NCBI GenBank assembly: GCA_965209155.1
Contig: OZ242383.1
Location: 1,184,001-1,248,000 of the forward strand
Reading direction: 5' to 3'
Length of the DNA: 64,000 bases
Origin: a bacterium
Lineage (GTDB): Bacteria; SAR324; NAC60-12
Numbering within the stretch: the first letter of the stretch is position 1; each line of letters opens with the position of its first letter. The notes below the pieces were generated by a model that was given only the letters and a program-made list of their open reading frames with translations, ran no database searches and was not told the DNA's origin. This document shows positions 21,909-30,890 of this stretch, piece after piece. Both the position numbers and the translations under genes were made by a program.

Positions 21909-22469
21909 TTAGTAAAATTGTATTTTTCTGCCAGACACTATCTCGGAAGAGAGGGTTCCGTTGTTTCTGAATTCGTATTTCTCGATCGTGAAATCGGCAA
22001 TGTTCTGGATGTTGTCCCCCAAGATGTTGAAATCGACCGATCTTGCCAGCGTTAACACTTTTTCATTTTGCATTTTTTCTTCTTCTTCCCTGGTCAGTTC
22101 CCCATCGTCGTCTTTACTGCGTGACCCCCTTGTAATGGCGTTGATTGCTTCCTCCCGAGAGTCATAGATCGAGATGAGTTGATTGAAACCGCTGATTGCG
22201 ACCACCTCGCGGACTGGACCGGAAAGTGCGCACATTCCAAATTCCTTACCAGGTTTGTTGAATTTCTTGGCAATGATCAGACCGACCCGGAGTCCGGCGC
22301 TGCTGATAAAGGACAATTGCTCGCAGTCCAGGATCAAGGCATTGTCTCCCGCATCGATACCGGATTCCAGTTGATTTTGAATTGTCTCGGCGTTACCAGC
22401 GTCGACACGACCGACGAGCGCGGCAATCAAGATGCCTTCTTTTCGTTCCCAATTAATGTTTATTTCCAT
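21909..22469 (-). CDS. STAS-domain anti-sigma antagonist, C-terminus probably truncated
   Basis: GRVDA..LILDCEQLSFISSAGLR. Confidence 0.8.
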   Translation of the reverse strand: MEININWERKEGILIAALVGRVDAGNAETIQNQLESGIDAGDNALILDCEQLSFISSAGLRVGLIIAKKFNKPGKEFGMCALSGPVREVVAISGFNQLISIYDSREEAINAITRGSRSKDDDGELTREEEEKMQNEKVLTLARSVDFNILGDNIQNIADFTIEKYEFRNNGTLSSEIVSGRKIQFY

Positions 22470-22541
22470 TCGACTTTCTCCAGTTTATTGTTTGTTCTAT
22501 TTTTTGAAGCCATCCAAGACTTTTATATCTTTTTTAAAAAA

Positions 22542-22594
22542 TATTTGCAATTAGTAATTATTCACGATAAATTACTTGCAAATTATTTGCATTT
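22542..22594 (+). promoter_or_regulatory. Fur-family (Zur/Mur-like) operator region
   Basis: TTGCAAATTATTTGCA palindrome upstream of a metal ABC operon. Confidence 0.55.
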
Positions 22595-22634
22595 AAACTG
22601 CGATTCAATCCATATTGTTCAATCTGAGGCAGCT

Positions 22635-22697
22635 ATGATACCAGGAAAATTGAAAAAGAGCGCAACCATTTCATTCATCAGGATTCAGAAAAGCTAA
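22635..22697 (+). pseudogene. znuA deletion scar (start fused to end)
   Basis: MIPGKLKKSATISFI matches the start of the 24659 gene; joined to its 3' AGGATTCAGAAAAGCT. Confidence 0.75.
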
Positions 22698-23419
22698 TGC
22701 ACAAATTGAATAGCAAGGGTTGCTCTTTGTGCGTTTCCGGCGTCCATTTCGACATTGGTCCACAGCAGGAGACCCTGCATTGCCACTGTGAAATCCCCCA
22801 CGGACGGATGGTAGGGGTGTTGGGTCCCAATGGATGTGGGAAGAGTTCGTTGTTTAAAGCGCTGGTGGGAGAAATTCCCTACTCCGGAGATATTTCCTAT
22901 TTCGGCAAAACCCTTGCCCAGGTCAAGCACCAGGTTGGGTATCTGCCACAGCACCTGGAGATTCCTTCCGATTTTCCCATCACAGTGCAGGAATTTATTG
23001 CTGCGGGCAGTCCCGGATATTTTAAATTCAAATGGCCCTGGCAGAGACGGACAGACTCTCAACGAAACCAGATGTTCATGGACCGGATGGGTATCGACCA
23101 CCTCAACCACTCACAACTTGCCAACCTGTCTGGTGGCGAACAACGCCGGGTCTACCTGACCCGCTTGCTCCTGCAAGACAGCCAACTGCTTTTTCTGGAT
23201 GAGCCGCTGGCGGGAGTCGACGAAAAAGGAGAAGACCTGACCATCGACATCTTCAAAGACATGACGAGGGCCGGAAAGACCCTCCTGGTAGTCCACCATG
23301 ATTGGGGAAGCGTGCCCGAAATGTTCGACGAAGTCCTCGTTTTCAGGTACGGTCGTATTGAGCATCTTCCCGATTTTCGGAACACGACCCCACTTTCCGA
23401 AAATGCGTTACCGGCATGA
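22697..23419 (+). CDS. znuC: Metal (Zn/Mn) ABC transporter ATPase
   Basis: GPNGCGKS, LSGGE, LLFLDEP, VHHD. Confidence 0.85.
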   Translation: MHKLNSKGCSLCVSGVHFDIGPQQETLHCHCEIPHGRMVGVLGPNGCGKSSLFKALVGEIPYSGDISYFGKTLAQVKHQVGYLPQHLEIPSDFPITVQEFIAAGSPGYFKFKWPWQRRTDSQRNQMFMDRMGIDHLNHSQLANLSGGEQRRVYLTRLLLQDSQLLFLDEPLAGVDEKGEDLTIDIFKDMTRAGKTLLVVHHDWGSVPEMFDEVLVFRYGRIEHLPDFRNTTPLSENALPA

Positions 23420-24249
23420 TGGACTGGCTCACCTCTCCCTGGAACTACAATTTTATGCAGGCGGCATTCGTGATGATCATCCTGCTGGGGTTGCTGGGGG
23501 GTATGGCTGGTTCCATCGTCGTCACCCAACGTTCCGCCTTGCTGGTAGAAAGCCTGGCTCATGGTCTTCTTCCCGGACTGGTCCTGGCGTATGTCTGGAT
23601 CGGTCGCTCCACCTGGAGTCTGTTGCTGGGTGGATTGCTGGCGATCATCCTGACGCGTTTGTTGATCTTAGTCTTCTCCCTGCACCGGCGAACCGACCAC
23701 ACTACCGGAAGCGTAATCGTCATTGGCTTTAATTTTGCCCTGGGGTTGATCCTGCTGCGTATCTATCGCAGTGAGCTAGACATTTCGCTGGACCATTTCA
23801 TCCTGGGGAACCTGCTGGCTGTTTCCTGGAATGACAATCTCTTTACCGGGGGAGTAGTTGTCCTGACATTCCTGATATTGCTGTTTTTTTACGCGCCTAT
23901 CAAGATCTTCCTTTTCGATTCTGCCTACGTCGCCCGGCGAGGTTGGCCGGTGATGCCGACCCGACTGGTATTGGAGTTGGTGGTCAGCGTAGCCACGCTC
24001 CTCTGTTTCCAGGCAGTGGGCCTGCTCCTGACCCTGGCTATCCTGATCGTACCCGTGGCGACGGTCCAACTGGTAGCCAGGCATTTGTGGCAGATGTTTC
24101 TCTTTGGTGGTTTGCTTGGAGCCTCGCAGGGTGTCGTTGGCCTGATGCTGGCCTATCACCTGGATTGGCCTGGCAGCCCTCCCATCGTGATGCTGGCGGT
24201 GATGACCTATACCGCCGTCCTCTGCCAGCGACGGTGGGTTGCCAAATGA
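23416..24249 (+). CDS. znuB: Metal ABC transporter permease (copy 1)
   Basis: ABC-3 type hydrophobic protein, LAHGLLPG, ILGNLL. Confidence 0.85.
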   Translation: MMDWLTSPWNYNFMQAAFVMIILLGLLGGMAGSIVVTQRSALLVESLAHGLLPGLVLAYVWIGRSTWSLLLGGLLAIILTRLLILVFSLHRRTDHTTGSVIVIGFNFALGLILLRIYRSELDISLDHFILGNLLAVSWNDNLFTGGVVVLTFLILLFFYAPIKIFLFDSAYVARRGWPVMPTRLVLELVVSVATLLCFQAVGLLLTLAILIVPVATVQLVARHLWQMFLFGGLLGASQGVVGLMLAYHLDWPGSPPIVMLAVMTYTAVLCQRRWVAK

Positions 24250-24439
24250 CTGATTCCCATTACTATAGACGCTGGTGCCAGCCGAGCATCGGATGAGCCG
24301 CTCCGCTACGATATTGATGTCTGGTCTGCAATACCAACCGTCAACAACAATACGCCTTCTATTCCGGAAATTTCCCGAAAGTGGAAATCTGATTCTTACT
24401 TCCTGAAGCTCTCTCACTCCTCGGAATTATTTAAAATTT

Positions 24440-24619
24440 ATTTGCAAATTATTGCTATTTGCAATAATCTATTTGCAATTAATTTGCATTTAGAAAAAAA
24501 TATACTTGCTATTTATCGCTATTTGCGATAATCTATTTGCAAATAAATTGCATTTAGAAAAAAAATACTTGCAAATTATCGCTATTTGCAATAATCTACT
24601 TGCAATTGATTTGCATTTA
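24440..24619 (+). promoter_or_regulatory. Three tandem ~63-bp units with TTGCAA-N-TTGCA boxes (Fur-family operator array)
   Basis: Units start at about 24440, 24503 and 24566. Confidence 0.65.
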
Positions 24620-24658
24620 TAAATTGAATTAATCCATATATATATAATTGAGGTAGCT

Positions 24659-25732
24659 ATGATACTAAAAAAATTGAAAAAGAGCGCAATCATTTCATTC
24701 ATTATGTTGGCTTTCATCGGTTGGGTGGAAGCCGCGCCTTTGAAGGTGATTGCTTCCTTCAGCATCCTGGAAGATGTCGTCAGTAACGTGGGCAAAGAAC
24801 GGGTCGAGGTGAAGGCCCTGGCACCGCGCGGCATCGACTTGCATGACGTCGAACTGACGACTGGGGACCTGATCCGTATACGCGAGGCGGACCTGGTCGT
24901 CTGGTTGGGATTACCTTTTGAAATCTGGTTGCATCCCTATTTAGAGCAAACATCGGATGATAAAATATTGCAATTCGGCATGCGTTTAGAGGGATTGATG
25001 CTTGCGAAAGAGGACCACCACCACCATGGAGAAGACGAACATCACGATGAGGATGAACATCACGATGAGGATGAACACCACGATGAAGATGAACATCACG
25101 ATGAGGATGAACATCACGATGAGGATGAACATCACGATGAGGACGAACATCACGATGAGGATGAACACCATCACGATCTTGCCTCGAACGGTGCCTTGGA
25201 CCTCCACTTCTGGCACGACGTGTCGATGATGATTCAGGTTACCAACCTCATTGCTCAGGAACTGGCACGACTGGATCCACAAAATGCAGCCTATTATCGT
25301 GAGAACGCCATGGCATACGGGGAAATCCTCCAGCAGTTGGACGCCTGGATCCATGAACAGTTGGCATTCATTCCAGAGTCCCGGCGGGTTTTGGTCACCA
25401 GCCACCTGGCTTTCGAATATTTTGGCAGAGCCTATCATTTCCACACCTTGGCTCCTCATGGAATCGGGGGCGAGGAACAGGTGAGTCCTCAAACGTTGGA
25501 GAAGATCATTGCCGAGATTCAAAATGAAGGGGTGCGGGTTATTTTCCCGGAAGCGCATGTTGAACATCCCTTGCTGGCTCAAATTGCGAGGGAAGCCGGA
25601 ATTACCATCCAGGAATCGCTGATCCCGGGGAACCTGAACGCGCCCGACACGAAGGCAGGGACCTACGTGGGTTTTATGCGAGAAAATATTCAAGTTATCG
25701 CTCAAGGATTCAGAAAAGCTTATGAACAATAA
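24659..25732 (+). CDS. znuA: Metal ABC substrate-binding protein with His/Asp/Glu-rich loop
   Basis: DLHD, DLHFWHD, TSHLAFEYF cluster A-I motifs. Confidence 0.9.
   Translation: MILKKLKKSAIISFIMLAFIGWVEAAPLKVIASFSILEDVVSNVGKERVEVKALAPRGIDLHDVELTTGDLIRIREADLVVWLGLPFEIWLHPYLEQTSDDKILQFGMRLEGLMLAKEDHHHHGEDEHHDEDEHHDEDEHHDEDEHHDEDEHHDEDEHHDEDEHHDEDEHHHDLASNGALDLHFWHDVSMMIQVTNLIAQELARLDPQNAAYYRENAMAYGEILQQLDAWIHEQLAFIPESRRVLVTSHLAFEYFGRAYHFHTLAPHGIGGEEQVSPQTLEKIIAEIQNEGVRVIFPEAHVEHPLLAQIAREAGITIQESLIPGNLNAPDTKAGTYVGFMRENIQVIAQGFRKAYEQ
25034..25177 (+). repeat. 18-bp tandem repeat encoding DEHHDE (7 full copies plus 1 variant)
   Basis: GAYGAACAYCACGATGAR units. Confidence 0.95.
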
Positions 25733-25985
25733 GGCTGAATCGAATACCAGGGGTTGTTCTTTGTTTAAAGCGATGGCGGGAGTCGACGAAAAAGGAGAAG
25801 ACCTGACCATCGACATCTTTAAAGACAAGGCGCGGGCCGGAAAGCCCCTCCTGGTAGTCCACCATGATGGGGGAAGTGTTCCCGAAGTACTCGACGAAGT
25901 CCTCATCTTCAGATACGGTCGTCTCGAGCATCTTCCCGATTATCGGAATACGATCCCACTCTCCGAAAATGCGTTACCGGTATGA
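25722..25985 (+). pseudogene. Internally deleted znuC copy
   Basis: Matches the start and C-terminus of 22697-23419 but lacks Walker A and the signature motif. Confidence 0.85.
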
Positions 25986-26815
25986 TGGACTGGCTCATAT
26001 CTCCCTGGACCTACAATTTCATGCAGACGGCATTCGTGATGATCATCCTGCTGGGGTTGCTGGGGGGTATGGCTGGTTCCATCGTCGTCACCCAACGTTC
26101 CGCCCTGCTGGTGGAATGCCTGTCTCATGGTCTTCTTCCCGGACTGGTCGTGGCGTATGTCTTGATCGGTCGCTCCACCTGGAGTCTGTTGCTGGGTGGA
26201 TTGCTGGCGATCATCCTGACGCGTTTGCTGGTCTTAGTCTACTCCCTGCACCGGCGAACCGACCACACCACCGGAAGCGTAATCGTCATCGGCCTTAATT
26301 TTGCCTTGGGGTTGATCCTGGTGCGTCTCTATCGCAGTGAGCTCGACATTTCGCTGGACCATTTCATCCTGGGGAACCTGCTGGCTGTTTCCTGGAAGGA
26401 CAATCTCTTTGCCGGGGGCGTGGTGCTATCGACCTTTCTGGTATTGCTGTTTCTATACGCGCCTGTCAAGATCTTCCTTTTCGATTCTGCTTATGCCTCC
26501 CGGCGAGATTGGCCCGTGATGCCGACCCGACTGGTATTGGAGCTGCTGGTCAGCGTAGCCACCATCCTTTGCGTCCAGGCCGTGGGCCTGATCCTGACCC
26601 TGGCTATCCTGATCATACCCGTGGCGACGGTCCAATTGGTAGCCAGGCATTTGTGGCAGATGTTTCTCTTTGGTGGTTTACTTGGAGCCGCGCAGGGTGT
26701 CGTGGGCCTGATGCTGGCCTTTCACCTGGATTGGCCTGGCACCCCTCCCATCGTGATGTTGGCAGTGATGACCTATACCGCCGTCCTCTGCCATCGCCGG
26801 TGGGTTGCCCAATGA
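25982..26815 (+). CDS. znuB: Metal ABC transporter permease (copy 2)
   Basis: 277 aa, highly similar to 23416-24249. Confidence 0.85.
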   Translation: MMDWLISPWTYNFMQTAFVMIILLGLLGGMAGSIVVTQRSALLVECLSHGLLPGLVVAYVLIGRSTWSLLLGGLLAIILTRLLVLVYSLHRRTDHTTGSVIVIGLNFALGLILVRLYRSELDISLDHFILGNLLAVSWKDNLFAGGVVLSTFLVLLFLYAPVKIFLFDSAYASRRDWPVMPTRLVLELLVSVATILCVQAVGLILTLAILIIPVATVQLVARHLWQMFLFGGLLGAAQGVVGLMLAFHLDWPGTPPIVMLAVMTYTAVLCHRRWVAQ

Positions 26816-26900
26816 CGATTACCCATTCCCGTTGAAGGCTCGACTGTGGGGAGCGACGGCAGCATCTATATCAGGGTTATGTTCCTCTTGGTTCATTGGG

Positions 26901-27089
26901 TTAGTAGTCGTTTCCCTCTTTTTCATAGTAAAGATAGAGCGCCCGCGCCGCGTTTCTCAGAGTGTCTTGTTGGTAGTCGTATAGCGTCTTCTGCGCTGAG
27001 AAGCACTCGATCTCCGGCACGCGCCAGGTTTCGGGCAGATCTCCATAATTCAGCGTTTGGCTGATGCGTTCGAGGATGGGTGAAATCAT
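26901..27089 (-). pseudogene. Type III restriction (Res) subunit N-terminal fragment
   Basis: LPETW..FSAQKTLYDYQQDTLRNA..LYLYYE. Confidence 0.5.
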
Positions 27090-27237
27090 CTAATTTTTCT
27101 CGCTCAACTTACCAACGATTTTTTTAGCGAGGGAGCGGAAATCGTCGTAGCACCCCATGACGGCTTTCTGGTGCGCACCGATAGCGCCGTCTGCCGGTTT
27201 CAGCATGAACATCGGTTTGTTTGCTTCCTGCGAGTGA

Positions 27238-28971
27238 TTACACCGTTTTCGGCTGTGCTTTTTCAGCGACCTTTACTATCGCATTTAACTTCTCTTCGAC
27301 TTCGGCATCGATTTCATCACGGGGAATATATGGTACCAATTTATAAAAATCTTTCTTTTGTAAAAATATTGATTTTGGCTTTCCCAGGGAAACAGCAAAA
27401 TTTTCAAACAATGGAACAAGAAAATCATCGGAGGCTTTTATATCATCTGAAAAGGGTCCAGGTTTGTTCAGCGTCTTAAAAGCCTGTTCCAGTTTGCTTA
27501 TTTCTTGTTTGATTTGATTTTTACGCTTTGAAATTTCAGAGTTTCCGAAAAGGTCTCCACTATCAAATCCATCGGTTACATATGCCATGATTGCCGCGCT
27601 CTTACACAAATAATTTTCTATCTCATTTTTTTTCCACATGCTCTCTAACAAATGCTCCGCAATTCTTAATTCTTTTTCTGTTCTGTCCAACAAAAGAATG
27701 CCTTGCAAATCGTTTTTCGCCTCTTTCAAATCGTGAAAATGTTTACGGGCCATATTGGGAAGGTTTTCGATATATTTAACGAGAGGGGCTTGAAGAATTT
27801 GTTCGGATGGGTGTTCCAATTTTTTAGCAAAAGCCTGCAGGATTCTCAGATCCGATTCTCCTTCAAGGTAGAGTATCCAACCCTTTCTTTCCGCTTCATA
27901 GTAAAATTCGAAACCGATATCTTTCAAGGCGCTCATTACGCGAGATTGTTTGTTTTCCCCCAATATATGTGGATTTCCGACAAAAGCGACCGCGGAGTGA
28001 CGTTGGGCAGCTTCACCTAACAGAACTTCGGAGTGACTCGCGGAAATGATCTGTGAATTCCGTTTTTCCGCCACTTCGTTGATACGGTTGTATATTTGTC
28101 TTTGGCGTAAGATCTCCAAATGCGCGTCCGGTTCATCCAGAAGGAACACCGTGTTTTCGGAATTGTCGTAAAGATGCGCCAGAAGTAATAACACTTGTTG
28201 CATACCGCGACCGGAGGAGGACAGGTCCAAAGTGGTTTTCCCATCCTTGTCGCAGTAGTCCATTGCGATAGTTCCACGATGAGTTAAAGATCGCGGCTCG
28301 TTGAGAGTCACGCCGAACAAGTTCTTGAAATGCGCAACAAGAGCATTCCAATCTGTTTTATCATCCTTTGAATGGACTCGATAACACAAATTACGCAAGA
28401 CCTCGGCGGTTTGCCCTTGTCCAACCAGTACGTTGATACGTCCTTCCTGAATCAAAGCCTCCTCGGTCGCGAGTCCGGACATTGGCGGTAGAAAAGTAAG
28501 CTTTGTGTCCAACGCTTCCCTGGGGACTTCCATACGTTCCGGCTTGTTACCGGGGCCGGTACGCAGGGGACGACAGAAGAGAGACTCCGTGTTTGCGTAA
28601 TCGAATTCCAGTCCACAATTCCATTCTTTCCCTTGACTGATTCCTTCCACAACGAGATCGATGCGGATATTTTCGTTGGGTCCTCTCCTCACCTTTCGTT
28701 TGAACCAAATGAGGTCCACCTCCACAATCGGTAAGGGAATCAAATCCAGCCTGTTGACGGTAACGCCAGGGCGTTTCGTCGAAATTTTTTCCTGGTCCTT
28801 CGATGCGTGTTTATCCGCCCACTTTCGCAATCCGGTATACCATAGCGTTAAAGCTTGTAAGGCGGATGTTTTACCACCGTTGTTGGGGCCGATAAAAACG
28901 AAGCCGTTTCCAAGCGGAATGGTCACTTCTTCAAACAATTTGAAATTTCGGATAGTTATTTTTGTGAGCAT
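27238..28971 (-). CDS. OLD-like ABC ATPase with TOPRIM-like domain (putative defence nuclease)
   Basis: ITIRNFK, GPNNGGKT, SGRG, LLDEPDAHL, ASHS, LYLEGESD, LLDR. Confidence 0.75.
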   Translation of the reverse strand: MLTKITIRNFKLFEEVTIPLGNGFVFIGPNNGGKTSALQALTLWYTGLRKWADKHASKDQEKISTKRPGVTVNRLDLIPLPIVEVDLIWFKRKVRRGPNENIRIDLVVEGISQGKEWNCGLEFDYANTESLFCRPLRTGPGNKPERMEVPREALDTKLTFLPPMSGLATEEALIQEGRINVLVGQGQTAEVLRNLCYRVHSKDDKTDWNALVAHFKNLFGVTLNEPRSLTHRGTIAMDYCDKDGKTTLDLSSSGRGMQQVLLLLAHLYDNSENTVFLLDEPDAHLEILRQRQIYNRINEVAEKRNSQIISASHSEVLLGEAAQRHSAVAFVGNPHILGENKQSRVMSALKDIGFEFYYEAERKGWILYLEGESDLRILQAFAKKLEHPSEQILQAPLVKYIENLPNMARKHFHDLKEAKNDLQGILLLDRTEKELRIAEHLLESMWKKNEIENYLCKSAAIMAYVTDGFDSGDLFGNSEISKRKNQIKQEISKLEQAFKTLNKPGPFSDDIKASDDFLVPLFENFAVSLGKPKSIFLQKKDFYKLVPYIPRDEIDAEVEEKLNAIVKVAEKAQPKTV

Positions 28972-29125
28972 AAGGGTTTACTCTCCCTAACCAGTTTTCT
29001 TAATGGCGCTATCGGAAAAGGAAATAGTGTCGGTAACTCGGTAGCAACCCGGTTTGACGAGGAAGTTGGAAACGGATTTCGCAAATAGGATTAAGAAGAT
29101 CAGGTCGAATATAGAACGATCATGT

Positions 29126-29404
29126 TCAGTGATCCATGTTGCCAGGAATAATGGCTTCTTCAGGAATACGAGGAAGCCCCTGTCTTTGCAAATAGAGTGC
29201 GAAGCGTTGTTGGATTCTGGTTATGTAGGGATGAATGAGGCGACCTTCGCGTTTGTCTCTAATATCTGAAAATTGTTTCTTATCGAATTTTCTAAAATCA
29301 AATCGAACGGTTTTTCCTTCGTGAAGGGAAAATGCAATACTTTCCCATACTCTCTCGGCAAAATGTCCTCCTTGATAATTTTCCTGAATTTTATTTTCAG
29401 ACAT
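29126..29404 (-). CDS. Small hypothetical protein or C-terminal fragment
   Basis: 92-aa ORF ending QRFALYLQRQGLPRIP. Confidence 0.35.
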   Translation of the reverse strand: MSENKIQENYQGGHFAERVWESIAFSLHEGKTVRFDFRKFDKKQFSDIRDKREGRLIHPYITRIQQRFALYLQRQGLPRIPEEAIIPGNMDH

Positions 29405-29533
29405 CTTTTCCCCTTCTATACAATAAAGCTCAACACAACCAATTTCTTGCCAGTTTCCAGGAATACAGTCGCAATCGTGGCGGATATTGATTAAATGGAG
29501 CCGCTTTCACAGAAATAGCGGGAGAAGAAGGTA

Positions 29534-29554
29534 GTGCCATCATTTTGATGGCAC
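29534..29554 (-). terminator. Hairpin downstream of cytochrome c'
   Basis: GTGCCATCA-TTT-TGATGGCAC. Confidence 0.55.
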
Positions 29555-29565
29555 TGCTAAGAGAA

Positions 29566-30069
29566 TCATTGGTGCCTCCGGGCCCGGAAAGATCTATGAC
29601 AATCGCTACAGGCTGCTCCTACTTTTTTCACGGCTTCCCCGATTTGTTCCATATCGCCGGATTCGGCAGCAGCTGCGAGTAGAGCCGTGGCCTCGACCAG
29701 CTCGTTGGCCGCCATTTCAAAATCTGCAAAATTGTCCCAAATTTCATCCTTGGCCCGGGTTCTTTTATCGGTGCCCCGGGTATCCTGCAGGTAAACCGTG
29801 GTGACGGTCTGTGACTGTTCATGCAAGGCCCTGGCATAATGAACCAACAGGTTGCTATAGGAGACCTTCCCTTTGAGGATGTCTCCGATGTTTCCCATAT
29901 TGGCGCTAATACCGTCCATCACCCTGTGACGATAAGTCATCACTGCTTTGTTGTCATCCTCCGCTTGTAGCGGAAACGCGAATAATAAAGCGAGAAAGAT
30001 TAACAATCCTCCGATATAATAACGCATACTTCCCTCCAGAATGAAGTGTTTAACTGACCTGCAAATCAT
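29566..30069 (-). CDS. Cytochrome c' (class II); likely start 30027
   Basis: Signal peptide, AKDEIWDNFADF, C-terminal CSDCH. Confidence 0.9.
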   Translation of the reverse strand: MICRSVKHFILEGSMRYYIGGLLIFLALLFAFPLQAEDDNKAVMTYRHRVMDGISANMGNIGDILKGKVSYSNLLVHYARALHEQSQTVTTVYLQDTRGTDKRTRAKDEIWDNFADFEMAANELVEATALLAAAAESGDMEQIGEAVKKVGAACSDCHRSFRARRHQ

Positions 30070-30307
30070 TTAGATTCGAAGCGCCGACTCCCAGGTGCTC
30101 AACGACCTGTTTTGTCGTTGGACTAAATGATGATATAACAAGTTTTAAAATACAATTCAACTTTTTTCAGTTTCCCAACAAACAGAAATGGTCAACAATT
30201 CGCCTCGTGCTGAATATGGACTTGTCTCAGACTTGATTTTTTATTATAAATTGATGTTACGTGAACCAGTTTTGCAATAAGAACTCCATTTGGGATTCAA
30301 TGTAGAA

Positions 30308-30670
30308 AGGCACAAAGGCACAAAGGAGACTCGTGAAGGAACTGATAACCGATAACTGACAACCGATAACTAGCGCCAAGGCACCAAGGCGCAAAGGTGA
30401 CTGCGGTATTGTTTTTTTGAGGAGCAGTTGTTGCTTGATTCGATGAGAAGAGAGGTTTTGATGATCAAAACATACCGGAATTTAATCGTCTGGCAAAAAT
30501 CAATAGCCATGGTCACTGATTGATTCAGGGAGACTCGTGATTTTCCACAAGTGGAGTTTTTTTGATAAACTAAGTGAAAAAACACGGGAGTTTGAACGAA
30601 TGCTCGGGAGCCTCATTAGAAAAGTAGAGCAAAAATAAAAAAACTTTGTGCCTTTGTGCCTTTGTGCCTT
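30308..30670 (+). pseudogene. Internally deleted four-helix-bundle (23S IVP/Avd-like) gene framed by inverted GGCACAAA repeats
   Basis: MIKTYRNLIVWQKSI...ERMLGSLIRK; AGGCACAAAGGCACAAAGG versus (CTTTGTGC)3. Confidence 0.7.
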
Positions 30671-30890
30671 CTCGTGGATCCAATGAGTTTCAGGAATAAA
30701 ATCGATCTTCTGCAAGTTCAAAACACGTAACAGTTATTAATTGATTGAAGCCTTATGAATCTTGACGGATGCGGATTCCTGTAAAACATTACCATCCCGA
30801 GAAAAGCGAGCGTAGTCGGACTGTCAGACGAATAAGCCAACCTATCGATCATGGACACGCATTCCACCATAACATTGAAAAGGAGAAACA

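Noticed and set aside
24440..24619. Tandem AT-rich repeats as CRISPR or iterons
   Set aside because: No unique spacers and no cas or rep gene; position fits an operator
25034..25177. Short regular repeats as a CRISPR array
   Set aside because: No spacers; in-frame coding repeat inside znuA
24986..25906. 306-aa antisense ORF with MFILIV repeats
   Set aside because: Shadow of the znuA His repeat
2988..30670. Complete DGR (FGE target plus Avd-like remnant)
   Set aside because: No RT or template repeat seen; the four-helix remnant is distant and broken
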